Shown here piece by piece: positions 1 through 8,297 of a DNA stretch of 26,516 nt (position 1 is the first letter of the stretch; every line of letters begins with the position of its first letter). The stretch is from Candidatus Thorarchaeota archaeon (GTDB lineage: Archaea > Asgardarchaeota > Thorarchaeia > Thorarchaeales > Thorarchaeaceae). The notes under the pieces are model-generated. The model saw only the letters and a list, made by a program, of their open reading frames with translations. It was not told the DNA's origin and did no database searches. The DNA is taken from contig JAWAQK010000034.1 in the NCBI GenBank assembly GCA_038893995.1, forward strand, positions 1 through 26,516, written 5' to 3'. A program made the position numbers and the translations under genes.

Positions 1-1999
1 CGTTCGGATAGATGGTCTCATCAGGAACAATGCGGGAGTACGTCTGGGCGACCTCGTCGAGGTGTCATCTGTGAACGTGCCCGACGCGACAAAGGTCGTA
101 TTTGCTCCCACGACTCCTATCCGCTTTGGGTCCGGGTTTGAGGAGTATGTCAAGCAGAACATGGTGAACAAGCCTGTGACCCGTGGCGATCTCATCCAGA
201 TCGCCTCCATAGGGCAGGGACTTCAGTTCACGGCAACTACAGTCCTCCCGGCAAAGTACGGACGTATCACACCTGACACGGTGATCGAGGTCCTGTCGAA
301 GCCTGTGTCACCAGAGACGCTCACTCTGCCCAAGCTGACCTACGAGGACATAGGCGGTCTCGGAAAGGAGCTTCAGAAGATCAGAGAGATGGTGGAGCTC
401 CCGATGAAGTCTCCTGAGCTGTTTAAGAGACTGGGGATAACTCCACCGAAGGGGGTGCTCCTACATGGTCCGCCAGGCACTGGTAAGACCCTGATCGCGA
501 AGGCAGTCGCCAACGAGGCTGGCGCACACTTCCGTGTGATCAACGGCCCAGAAATCATGTCAAAGTTCTACGGTGAGTCTGAGCAGAAGCTGAGGGAGGT
601 CTTTGAGGAGGCCGAGAAGAACGCCCCGAGCATCATATTCATAGATGAGATTGACAGCATTGCCCCGAAGAGGGCCGAGGTCACTGGCGAAGTGGAGCGG
701 AGGGTTGTTGCTCAGCTACTGTCACTGATGGACGGTCTTGAGCCCCGGGGTCAGGTCATTGTCATAGGTGCGACGAACCGGATTGACGACATCGACGAGG
801 CACTGCGACGACCCGGACGGTTCGACCGAGAGATTGAGATTGGAGTCCCTGACAAGAAGGGACGACTCGAGATACTTCAGATCCACACGCGTTCGATGCC
901 TCTTGCCAAAGATGTTGATCTCGAGAAGCTGGCGTCTGTCACTCACGGGTTCGTCGGTGCAGACCTCGCTGCGCTCGCCCGCGAGGCGGCCATGGAGGCC
1001 CTCAGAAAGGTCCTGCCCAAGCTCGACCCGGTCACTGGCGATCTGCCGCCAGGTGAACTGAACAACCTGTTTGTGACGCAGGCTGACTTTGAGGCCGCAC
1101 TGTCGGGCATTGCGCCATCTGCGCTGCGGGAGGTGCTAGTCGAGAAGCCCAATGTGAGATGGGATGACATTGGCGGGCTTGAGGATGTGAAGTTCCAGAT
1201 CAGGGCCGCGGTTGAGGCTCCACTGAAGTACCCGGACGTATTCGCTCAGATGAAGGTCCGCACCCCGAGAGGACTGTTGCTGTACGGCCCACCCGGCACC
1301 GGAAAGACGCTCCTGGCCAAGGCAGTCGCGACGGAGAGCGAGGCGAACTTCATATCGATAAGGGGTCCGGAGATCTTTAACAAGTACGTGGGTGAGTCTG
1401 AGAAGGCAGTCCGAGAAATATTCAAGAAGGCGCGTCAGACTGCCCCCTGCGTCATCTTCTTTGACGAGATCGATGCGGTGCTCAGTCGACGCGGCATGGA
1501 CGACGAGACTGGCGTCACCAAGCGTATAGTCAACCAGTTCCTCGCCGAGATTGATGGTCTTCAGACCCTCAACAACGTACTCGTGATTGGTGCGACTAAC
1601 CGGCCCGAGATGATTGATGAGGCAATGCTCAGGCCTGGCCGATTTGATGCCCTACTCTATGTCAGGGCACCTGACAAGGCTGCTAGGAAGCAGATCCTCG
1701 AGATCCTGGTGGCGAAGAAGGGCATACCAGGCCACGAACGCCTGAACTTCGACAAGCTCGCCGAGATGACGGAGTCCTACTCTGGTGCAGACCTGGAGGG
1801 ACTCGTGAGAGAGGCAGTCATGGCTGCGATATCCAAGGACTGGAAGGTGCATGAGCTCGAGATGCGCCACTTTGAGGAGGCAATGAAGACAGTCAGACCT
1901 ACACTGACGCCCCAGGTGCTTGCCTACTACGACGCCCTCGATGCCAGGCTTAAGGGTCGCCAGGTCGAGAAGAGAACAGAATCGGCCATGTACGCGTGA
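1..1999 (+). CDS. cdc48: CDC48/p97/VAT family AAA+ ATPase (5'-truncated by window edge)
   Basis: Frame is open from nt 2 ([22 protein letters not shown]-domain). Two AAA modules: Walker A GPPGTGKT twice, Walker B IIFIDEID and [15 protein letters not shown]...LRRPGRFD and LRPGRFD. C-terminal HbYX motif MYA. Confidence 0.97.
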   Translation, partial: VRIDGLIRNNAGVRLGDLVEVSSVNVPDATKVVFAPTTPIRFGSGFEEYVKQNMVNKPVTRGDLIQIASIGQGLQFTATTVLPAKYGRITPDTVIEVLSKPVSPETLTLPKLTYEDIGGLGKELQKIREMVELPMKSPELFKRLGITPPKGVLLHGPPGTGKTLIAKAVANEAGAHFRVINGPEIMSKFYGESEQKLREVFEEAEKNAPSIIFIDEIDSIAPKRAEVTGEVERRVVAQLLSLMDGLEPRGQVIVIGATNRIDDIDEALRRPGRFDREIEIGVPDKKGRLEILQIHTRSMPLAKDVDLEKLASVTHGFVGADLAALAREAAMEALRKVLPKLDPVTGDLPPGELNNLFVTQADFEAALSGIAPSALREVLVEKPNVRWDDIGGLEDVKFQIRAAVEAPLKYPDVFAQMKVRTPRGLLLYGPPGTGKTLLAKAVATESEANFISIRGPEIFNKYVGESEKAVREIFKKARQTAPCVIFFDEIDAVLSRRGMDDETGVTKRIVNQFLAEIDGLQTLNNVLVIGATNRPEMIDEAMLRPGRFDALLYVRAPDKAARKQILEILVAKKGIPGHERLNFDKLAEMTESYSGADLEGLVREAVMAAISKDWKVHELEMRHFEEAMKTVRPTLTPQVLAYYDALDARLKGRQVEKRTESAMYA

Positions 2000-2009
2000 T
2001 GAGATTGAC

Positions 2010-2060
2010 AGGCGGGCTCCCTGCGGAGAACCTCTATAAGGAGCCCGTCTACTCTTTTCT
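2010..2060 (+). terminator. Hairpin plus T-rich tract after cdc48
   Basis: AGGCGGGCTCC (2010-2020) pairs with GGAGCCCGTCT (2040-2050), 11 bp with one G-U, followed by ACTCTTTTCT. The loop contains TATA-like CTATAAG. Confidence 0.4.
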
Positions 2061-2090
2061 GTTCAGGGTGCAGAGCGGGTGGGCTCCCGA

Positions 2091-4565
2091 ATGAGAAAGA
2101 GATGGTCGGTCAACTTAGTACCCATGCTTCACTTCGAGAACTCGGGTCTCGAGGACTACGAACACAACATAGGAATTGCCTCTTGGAATCTCAAGAACAT
2201 GCTTGACCAATTGGAGGCCGAGCCTGAGCTGCGACTTGCTGTGGATCAGGTGACCCTACTGGAGGGCTTCAGACGACTCTTTCCTAACTACTGGGACCTA
2301 CTACATCAGATGGTACTCGATGGACGTGTCGAGGTCGTCGGCGGGACGTACGTGATGCCCGATCTCATCATTCCTGATGGTGAGTCGATAGTCCGCCAGT
2401 TCCTGCTGGGCACTCAGTTTGTGAGACAAGAACTTGGAGTTGAAGTCAAGACAGGATGGATGATTGACTCGGCAGGTCACTGTTCACAGATGCCCCAGAT
2501 TCTGAGACAGTGTGGCATCAACTCGTACTTCTTCTGGCGTGGGATGACCTACAGGTGTCCGTCTGAGTTCATGTGGCGGGGTGTCGACGGGAGCAAGGTC
2601 ATAACAGTATGGTTGAGAAATGGTTACGACTGTCTGGCGTGGCTATCTGAGGACCAGAGAGAGGCTATCACGACCCTGCTTGAGCTGGTAGAGAGGACGG
2701 GAGAGATATCGGCGTCTCCCAACGTCTTTATCCCCCTTGGAGGGGGTCTCGTCCCGCTCCCAGCAAACCTCTCTGACACATTGAAACACTGGAACCTGGT
2801 ATTCCCTGAGGCGCGCATCTCCGTCCTGACTCCCAGGGAGTTCATTGACAAGCTGCTCGCCACTCAGTCTAACCTCGCGACCATAAGTGGTCCGCTCACA
2901 TCTGAACGGTTCGTGTCAGTGCACCCCGGAGGCCTATCATCTCGTTCAGTCCTCAAGATCCTGAGCAGGACGCTCGAGGGACTCCTCTACCTGCTCGAGC
3001 TGTACCTGTCCCTTGCCAGAGACCACCAATGCAATACTGAGCTTGCGAATCTGTGGCGAGTCCTCCTGTTCAACCATGACCACAACATCATCCGCGGACT
3101 GATCGCAGATGAGCCCTACCTACAGGCACGGAAAAGGTTCCAGGATGCCATCAATAGGGCCGAGATGCTGTTGGAGTCGGCTGTCAGAGCCGCCGCCTCT
3201 CTTGGTCCGTCTGATGACAACAGGTTCCTGACGGTCCTCAACCCGGTCTTGTGGGTGCGCGATGGCATTGTGCGAGTCCAGATCGACCTCACTCAGTTCC
3301 CCACGGGGTCATTTGAGATTCAGGATGAGAAGGGCAACAGTGTTCCCTACCAGATTGTTGAACAGCAGGAGGGTTCCGTCCACCTGATCTTCTGCGCCAA
3401 GGATGTTCCCAGTGTGGGTATGAAGAGATACAGGATCGTGCCAGCCGACAAGAGACCCGACTTCGAGTCCTCGATCAAGACTGGCGAAAACTGGATAGAA
3501 TCGGCAGACTTTGTGTTAGAGTTCGACGAACTCACTGGGTCACTCACCAGACTCTATGACAAGAAGAACAACTTCGATGTGCTGAGAGACGCTGGGAACT
3601 GTCTCATCTTTGAGCCTGACCTCGGGGACCTCCATCGGCATTCAGGAGCAGTCTGCCAGGCTGATCTACCGGAGGCCAGCACGGTGAGGACTCCTGCACA
3701 GGTCCGAGTTCGAGAGTCTGGTCCGGTGAGGGCCGCAATTGAGGTCAATGGCACCCTGAAGGGGTCCGAATGGATGCAGAGAGTATTCATCTATGACGGC
3801 CTTCACAGGGTCGATATCGAGACTGATCTGGACTTTCGCGGCCGCAATACCAAGGTGTGTGTCTCATTCCCACTCACTGTGTTCTCTGACCGGGTAGAGG
3901 CTGGTTCCCAATTCGGGTCCGAGCAGCGTGTACTATGGGATATCTCGCGGGGTCCTGATGCCCGATCACCCGGAGTCTCGTTTGCGGCACTTGACTGGGT
4001 GGACTGCAACGGTCCCGAGTATGGCATAGGACTCATTGCCTTCGGTCTGCATGAGTTCCGAATGTCAGACGGTGAGCTGAGACTGACTCTGCTGAGAAGT
4101 GTGGACCAGTATATGCGGGGTGACAGCAGCGCTCCTCCCGAGTTGCCCATGGCGCTGGATCAGGGACTACATTCATTCAGATACTCTCTCGTGCCGCACT
4201 CAACTGACTCAGAAGGTCCAGCAGTATGGCGGGCGGCTGCAGAGCACCGTCTGCCACTGATCTGTGTCCCTGCCTGCCCGCTGGACAGTTCGATCCCAAG
4301 TGTCTCTCACCTCAGTGTAAGTGGAGTCGAGCTGATGTTGTCATGCTTCAAGCCCACAGACCGCCAGGACGAATACATAGTCCGTCTCTTCGAACCGGCC
4401 GGGCGCGAGGGGGTCTCCAGGCTGACATTCTCACGTCCTGTGAGAAGTGTTGTCCTGACCGACCTGTGCGAGAGGGACGTTGGGCCGCTGTTTCCCGCAG
4501 GAAACACGGTAGAGTTGAGCATTGACAGACACTCCATAATCACTCTTCGTGTGGTGTTGGGCTAG
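2091..4565 (+). CDS. Glycoside hydrolase family 38 (alpha-mannosidase-like) protein, divergent active site
   Basis: GH38 N-domain motifs EVVGGTYVMPD..IPDGESIVRQFLLG, GWMIDSAGHCSQMPQIL, SEFMWRGVDGS; middle domain LWR.LLFNHDHNIIRG; C-terminal beta domain LTLLRS, VRLFEP. ATG 2091 preferred over GTG 2079. Confidence 0.85.
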   Translation: MRKRWSVNLVPMLHFENSGLEDYEHNIGIASWNLKNMLDQLEAEPELRLAVDQVTLLEGFRRLFPNYWDLLHQMVLDGRVEVVGGTYVMPDLIIPDGESIVRQFLLGTQFVRQELGVEVKTGWMIDSAGHCSQMPQILRQCGINSYFFWRGMTYRCPSEFMWRGVDGSKVITVWLRNGYDCLAWLSEDQREAITTLLELVERTGEISASPNVFIPLGGGLVPLPANLSDTLKHWNLVFPEARISVLTPREFIDKLLATQSNLATISGPLTSERFVSVHPGGLSSRSVLKILSRTLEGLLYLLELYLSLARDHQCNTELANLWRVLLFNHDHNIIRGLIADEPYLQARKRFQDAINRAEMLLESAVRAAASLGPSDDNRFLTVLNPVLWVRDGIVRVQIDLTQFPTGSFEIQDEKGNSVPYQIVEQQEGSVHLIFCAKDVPSVGMKRYRIVPADKRPDFESSIKTGENWIESADFVLEFDELTGSLTRLYDKKNNFDVLRDAGNCLIFEPDLGDLHRHSGAVCQADLPEASTVRTPAQVRVRESGPVRAAIEVNGTLKGSEWMQRVFIYDGLHRVDIETDLDFRGRNTKVCVSFPLTVFSDRVEAGSQFGSEQRVLWDISRGPDARSPGVSFAALDWVDCNGPEYGIGLIAFGLHEFRMSDGELRLTLLRSVDQYMRGDSSAPPELPMALDQGLHSFRYSLVPHSTDSEGPAVWRAAAEHRLPLICVPACPLDSSIPSVSHLSVSGVELMLSCFKPTDRQDEYIVRLFEPAGREGVSRLTFSRPVRSVVLTDLCERDVGPLFPAGNTVELSIDRHSIITLRVVLG

Positions 4566-4640
4566 GCTGGGCCTGACCGCTAAGGATATACATCCGAATG
4601 ATTCAGTGTGCTCCGACACATGGCCAGGGAGTCTAGTCAG

Positions 4641-5528
4641 ATGGGTGGATTCTTCCCTGTCTCTCCCCTGATCGGAATACCAAACACGAGCTACGCCGCA
4701 CAGGCTGGCGTGATGGATGGAAAGTGGGCTGCAAGAGTAGTCAGGGGTCGCAAGATTATCGCCGAGAAGACAATGACGGAGCTTGACCTCGACCATCTTG
4801 TGGGGGTCATCTTCGGTCACGCCCGGGTGGAGGGTCTGAGCCGGCATGCGGTGGCAATGTGCGCAGGGCGTCTCATTCAGTTTGCGCGTCAGTATCAGCA
4901 GTCAGGAGTATGTCCAAACTATGAGGTCGGTGATCTCACAAGGGACTCTCCGGTCGAGGAAGATGGCGCGACGGGTTTCTCCGCTGTCTCTCCCCAACCT
5001 GCCGCGAATAGCGAGCCTTCAGCCGCCTCTGCAGCATACAGTCAGGGTCTCGATAGCATGACCCCCGTAGGTGGAATTCCCCAGATCTCGCAGCTTGCCC
5101 CCCAGCAGCTCTGGCTCAACAGCGTTGAGAACGCAGCCCTGCTGCTGAGCGCCATGGTCACCTATGGAGCTGCTCTGTCACAGGATCACCTTCAGGCGAT
5201 ATCTGAGAATGCTGCTGAGTCGCTCGTCCACATGTGGGCTGCCAGGGGCGATTCCGAATCGGTACTACGCAAGTTCTCAGCCATGATACAGAGCTGCTCC
5301 CTCGAGTGCCACGTGGAGCGTACCGGTAGTGGACGCACGTCTTTGATAATCGGAAACTGCGAGTTCATCAGGGTGGCAAGAGAACTGGATCCTTCGTCGA
5401 AGATCATCCCAATGGGCTTTCCATGCCGCTACCACGAGATGGTTGCCAGAAAGGTATCGTCACTGGTCGGGACGAAGATCTCTATCAACACCAGTTCAAA
5501 TGGGTGCACAGTGGTGCTATCGATATAG
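4641..5528 (+). CDS. Hypothetical two-domain protein: N-terminal ~90-aa beta/alpha domain, low-complexity linker, C-terminal V4R/MetOD1-like Cys-containing domain
   Basis: Long ORF with a linker (SAVSPQPAANSEPSAASAA) and C-terminal I..CEF....(x~17)PC.YH...GC pattern similar to V4R-like ligand-binding folds. Start uncertain (4608, 4620 or 4641). Confidence 0.6.
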   Translation: MGGFFPVSPLIGIPNTSYAAQAGVMDGKWAARVVRGRKIIAEKTMTELDLDHLVGVIFGHARVEGLSRHAVAMCAGRLIQFARQYQQSGVCPNYEVGDLTRDSPVEEDGATGFSAVSPQPAANSEPSAASAAYSQGLDSMTPVGGIPQISQLAPQQLWLNSVENAALLLSAMVTYGAALSQDHLQAISENAAESLVHMWAARGDSESVLRKFSAMIQSCSLECHVERTGSGRTSLIIGNCEFIRVARELDPSSKIIPMGFPCRYHEMVARKVSSLVGTKISINTSSNGCTVVLSI

Positions 5529-5722
5529 AGACCCAGGGACGACCGCCCAGGCCGCATCTGTCTGGACCACTGTGACTATATCATCTTGGTTCTTAGAGGC
5601 CTGTTTCTCTCTCGCGCAGGATGTTGACCTCGCTCAGCCATGCAGACAACACTCTTAAATCAAAATTCCCGCCATTGAGAAATGAGAGACACAGAAACTG
5701 GTCTCGGTCAGGAGATCAAGAG

Positions 5723-5995
5723 ATGTCATATCTTACTTGGAGAGAGTATGTTCGTACAGGTCCTGTCTGTCTGGGTGTGTTGCTTGTGATTGTTGGTGCC
5801 ATCCTGGCCCTCATGTCACAGATGGGCTACGACCTGATCACGGGGTATACCCTGTATGTCGGTGCAGGACTCTCAGTGCTGGGGCTCCTGCTTGTGCTCT
5901 GCGGATTCTTCTTCACCAAGAAGAAACGTGACTCTGTCCTGAAGAAGGTCGACACGAGACAGGACGACGTTCCACCTCCCCCACCTAGAGACTAG
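5723..5995 (+). CDS. Small two-TM membrane protein with basic/LKKV/polyproline C-terminal tail
   Basis: ATG 5723 preceded by GGAG. Two hydrophobic segments (VCLGVLLVIVGAILALM; LYVGAGLSVLGLLLVLCGFFF), then KKKRDSVLKKVDTRQDDVPPPPPRD. Confidence 0.75.
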   Translation: MSYLTWREYVRTGPVCLGVLLVIVGAILALMSQMGYDLITGYTLYVGAGLSVLGLLLVLCGFFFTKKKRDSVLKKVDTRQDDVPPPPPRD

Positions 5996-6133
5996 ACAGT
6001 CCAAATAGGCTCCGAACGGGTCAGTCTCGTTCGTGAGCCACTCCTTCTCGACTCTCCACTTGACTGACCTACCAAATCCATATATTGCACGTCTGCTCAT
6101 TTCTGAACAGAAAACCACGGATGGTCTGTCCAG

Positions 6134-6424
6134 ATGACTGTTCTAGAATACAGGGATAATCAGTTTCACGAATGCGTCGGACAACCGAACGCGGAGGTCA
6201 TCCTGAAGGTGGATGATACAGCGAAGAAGCTCATATTGACGATCCCAAGCAGCGTCAATCTTGTCACTGCAAGGGCTGCTGAAAGATGTGCCAGATCGAT
6301 TGAGAAGTCTGGATTTCAGACTGCCAAGCGTGGCAGGATTGGAAGGGGTTACGAACTAGTCATAGAGGGACACGGTGGTGCCCTGCCAGACCGGCTCAGG
6401 AAGTCACCACGTGAAGTCTACTGA
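6134..6424 (+). CDS. Small hypothetical protein, possible divergent gelsolin-like domain
   Basis: 96-aa ORF in intergenic position. VILKVDDTAKKLIL...ARAAERCARSI aligns by eye with VLCVVDDSTKSIYLW...KFIGARVATNL of the gelsolin domain at 22669-23673. Confidence 0.7.
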   Translation: MTVLEYRDNQFHECVGQPNAEVILKVDDTAKKLILTIPSSVNLVTARAAERCARSIEKSGFQTAKRGRIGRGYELVIEGHGGALPDRLRKSPREVY

Positions 6425-6509
6425 GTTCAGGAGTGACCTGCAGTCGGCAGTCCATGCCTAGACCACCCGTAGCAGTCCTGTTGTCAGTGCTCATGGAGGA
6501 GAGGTCCGA

Positions 6510-8291
6510 GTGACAGATGAAGGTTTGAGGCGACTGATCGAAGAAGCAACTAAGGAATCGTTGAACCAGTCCTTTACAGAGGCCGGCAGAAAGTACTTGG
6601 AGGCTGCCCGTGTTTCGGAGGAGAAGGGTGACATTGCAGCCGCAGACGATCTCTACGGCAAGGCTGCAACCGCATTCATCCAGGCCGCGGAGAAGTACCG
6701 TAGCTCCAAGAGCTACAAGAACGCCGCACTGAACATGTGCGCTGCCGGTGACCTATACTCTGACCTGGCTGAGTCTGAGAAGGCGATACGAGCCTATTCT
6801 GCAGCTGCTGAAGACCTACTGAGAGCATCAGAGGAGCACCTAATGTGGGGTGAGGCTGCCGAGACTCAGAAGGCCACAGCGCTCGCTGTGATAGCTTCCA
6901 TGATCTATATGATGATAGGTCGTGACGACCTCGCTTTCTCTGCTTCTAGAAACTTTGCCTCCAGGAACGCATCAAAACTCAGATACCCTGCACTCGTTCG
7001 CATGAGTCAGATCCCCCAGATGCTTGAGGCATCGATCAGGAATGTAGATCTAGAGACATTCTCCAGCGCCGAGAACGCCGTCGTCACTGAGCTCAAGGCC
7101 GCTCTGAGTGGCAGTGGCGCGCAGGACTTTGCCAAGTACGTGGACCGAGGCCTCGAGATGGCCCGAGAGCTCCTGCGGGGTAAGATCAAGGTGCCTAAGC
7201 TGGTGACTCGCCTCGACCTCCCAGTGGACTACACGTTCAAGGAGACTGTGCCACTGACGGTCGAGATCTCCAATGCCGGAAGCGGTGACGCCTCTGCTAT
7301 CAATATCGAGTGGCTAGTCGATCAGGGGCTGTCCCTAGTGTCGGGGGACATGAGGAAGACGATCCCTGCTCTTCGTGCGGGCGATCATGTCCGGTTAGAG
7401 CTCAGGGTCCGAGCGACTCAGCAGAACCTTGTTGGTGAGAGAGACTACGAGGTCCTAGTGAAGGGCACTTACAGCGACATGCTTCGAACCGAGTACTCCC
7501 TTCAGGCCGGCCCCGGAAGGCTCGTCCTACGTGACTTCAAGATGACTGAGAAACTGCTCCACGACGCTGATGTCAGTGATAGCCGTATTGGTCTGCTGTC
7601 ATCCACGTTGGAGTCGTCGCCGTTTGAGAAGGACGTGCTCCGAAGGCTGATCTCCGCGCTTGCGTCGTCGTTGGTCACCGCCCGTGACGAGGTTGCCAGG
7701 AAGGAGTTGGAGGGCGCGCGTACCCGGATCAGCGTAGTCAATCAGCTCGTCGATGCCATTGATGCCACATTGGGAGATGACAGTCTCGCCGCAAGCGTAC
7801 AAGGCCGACGAGAGGCTGAGAAGAGAGCTTTCGCGTTCTCAGTGATAGAACCCGTGCTTGGCGGGCTGCGGCAGTATCTCACGGAACAGGAGCGGACGTT
7901 AGCTGAGTTGTCAAGGTCCAGTCTGGCGGAGTGGGACCGCGATGCAGAGAGACGAAGGTCGCTCGGTAACGCTCTGAGAGAGGCATCATCCGAGATCTCT
8001 GCTCTGACACGAGACCTGCATTCACTGTACAGTCAGTTGCCCGATGCTTCCACAGCGACCAGTCCTGACGAGGCGACTCGTAGGACGAAGATCAGACAGT
8101 TGGCAGACTCCCTCAGATCGAGGATTGAGTCTGTGTCATCTCATCTGAGTATGATGACCAGCGACCCGATGTTCTCGCCCGGTACTCGCCCAGTGACTCC
8201 TGAGAAGACAGCAATTGCCGCTCAGATAGTTGCAGCGCTGAGTGCTGAGATTGACAGGCAACTCTCCATGAAGCGGAGAGAACTGTCGTGA
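6510..8291 (+). CDS. Multidomain protein: SNAP/TPR-like alpha-solenoid + CARDB/Ig-like beta-sandwich + long coiled coil
   Basis: GTG start after GGAGGAGAGG. Ala-rich helical repeats (KAATAFIQAAEKY...AALNMCAAGDLY...EKAIRAYSAAA); Ig-like LTVEISNAGSGDASAINI...IPALRAGDHVRLELRV...YSD; heptad-rich C-terminal ~250 aa. No signal peptide or TM segment. Confidence 0.8.
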   Translation: MTDEGLRRLIEEATKESLNQSFTEAGRKYLEAARVSEEKGDIAAADDLYGKAATAFIQAAEKYRSSKSYKNAALNMCAAGDLYSDLAESEKAIRAYSAAAEDLLRASEEHLMWGEAAETQKATALAVIASMIYMMIGRDDLAFSASRNFASRNASKLRYPALVRMSQIPQMLEASIRNVDLETFSSAENAVVTELKAALSGSGAQDFAKYVDRGLEMARELLRGKIKVPKLVTRLDLPVDYTFKETVPLTVEISNAGSGDASAINIEWLVDQGLSLVSGDMRKTIPALRAGDHVRLELRVRATQQNLVGERDYEVLVKGTYSDMLRTEYSLQAGPGRLVLRDFKMTEKLLHDADVSDSRIGLLSSTLESSPFEKDVLRRLISALASSLVTARDEVARKELEGARTRISVVNQLVDAIDATLGDDSLAASVQGRREAEKRAFAFSVIEPVLGGLRQYLTEQERTLAELSRSSLAEWDRDAERRRSLGNALREASSEISALTRDLHSLYSQLPDASTATSPDEATRRTKIRQLADSLRSRIESVSSHLSMMTSDPMFSPGTRPVTPEKTAIAAQIVAALSAEIDRQLSMKRRELS

Positions 8292-8297
8292 ATGGTC

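Noticed and set aside
1-1999. Calling the ATPase NSF because of the nearby SNAP-like gene
   Set aside because: Both AAA modules are canonical and the HbYX tail is typical of CDC48, whereas NSF has a degenerate D2.
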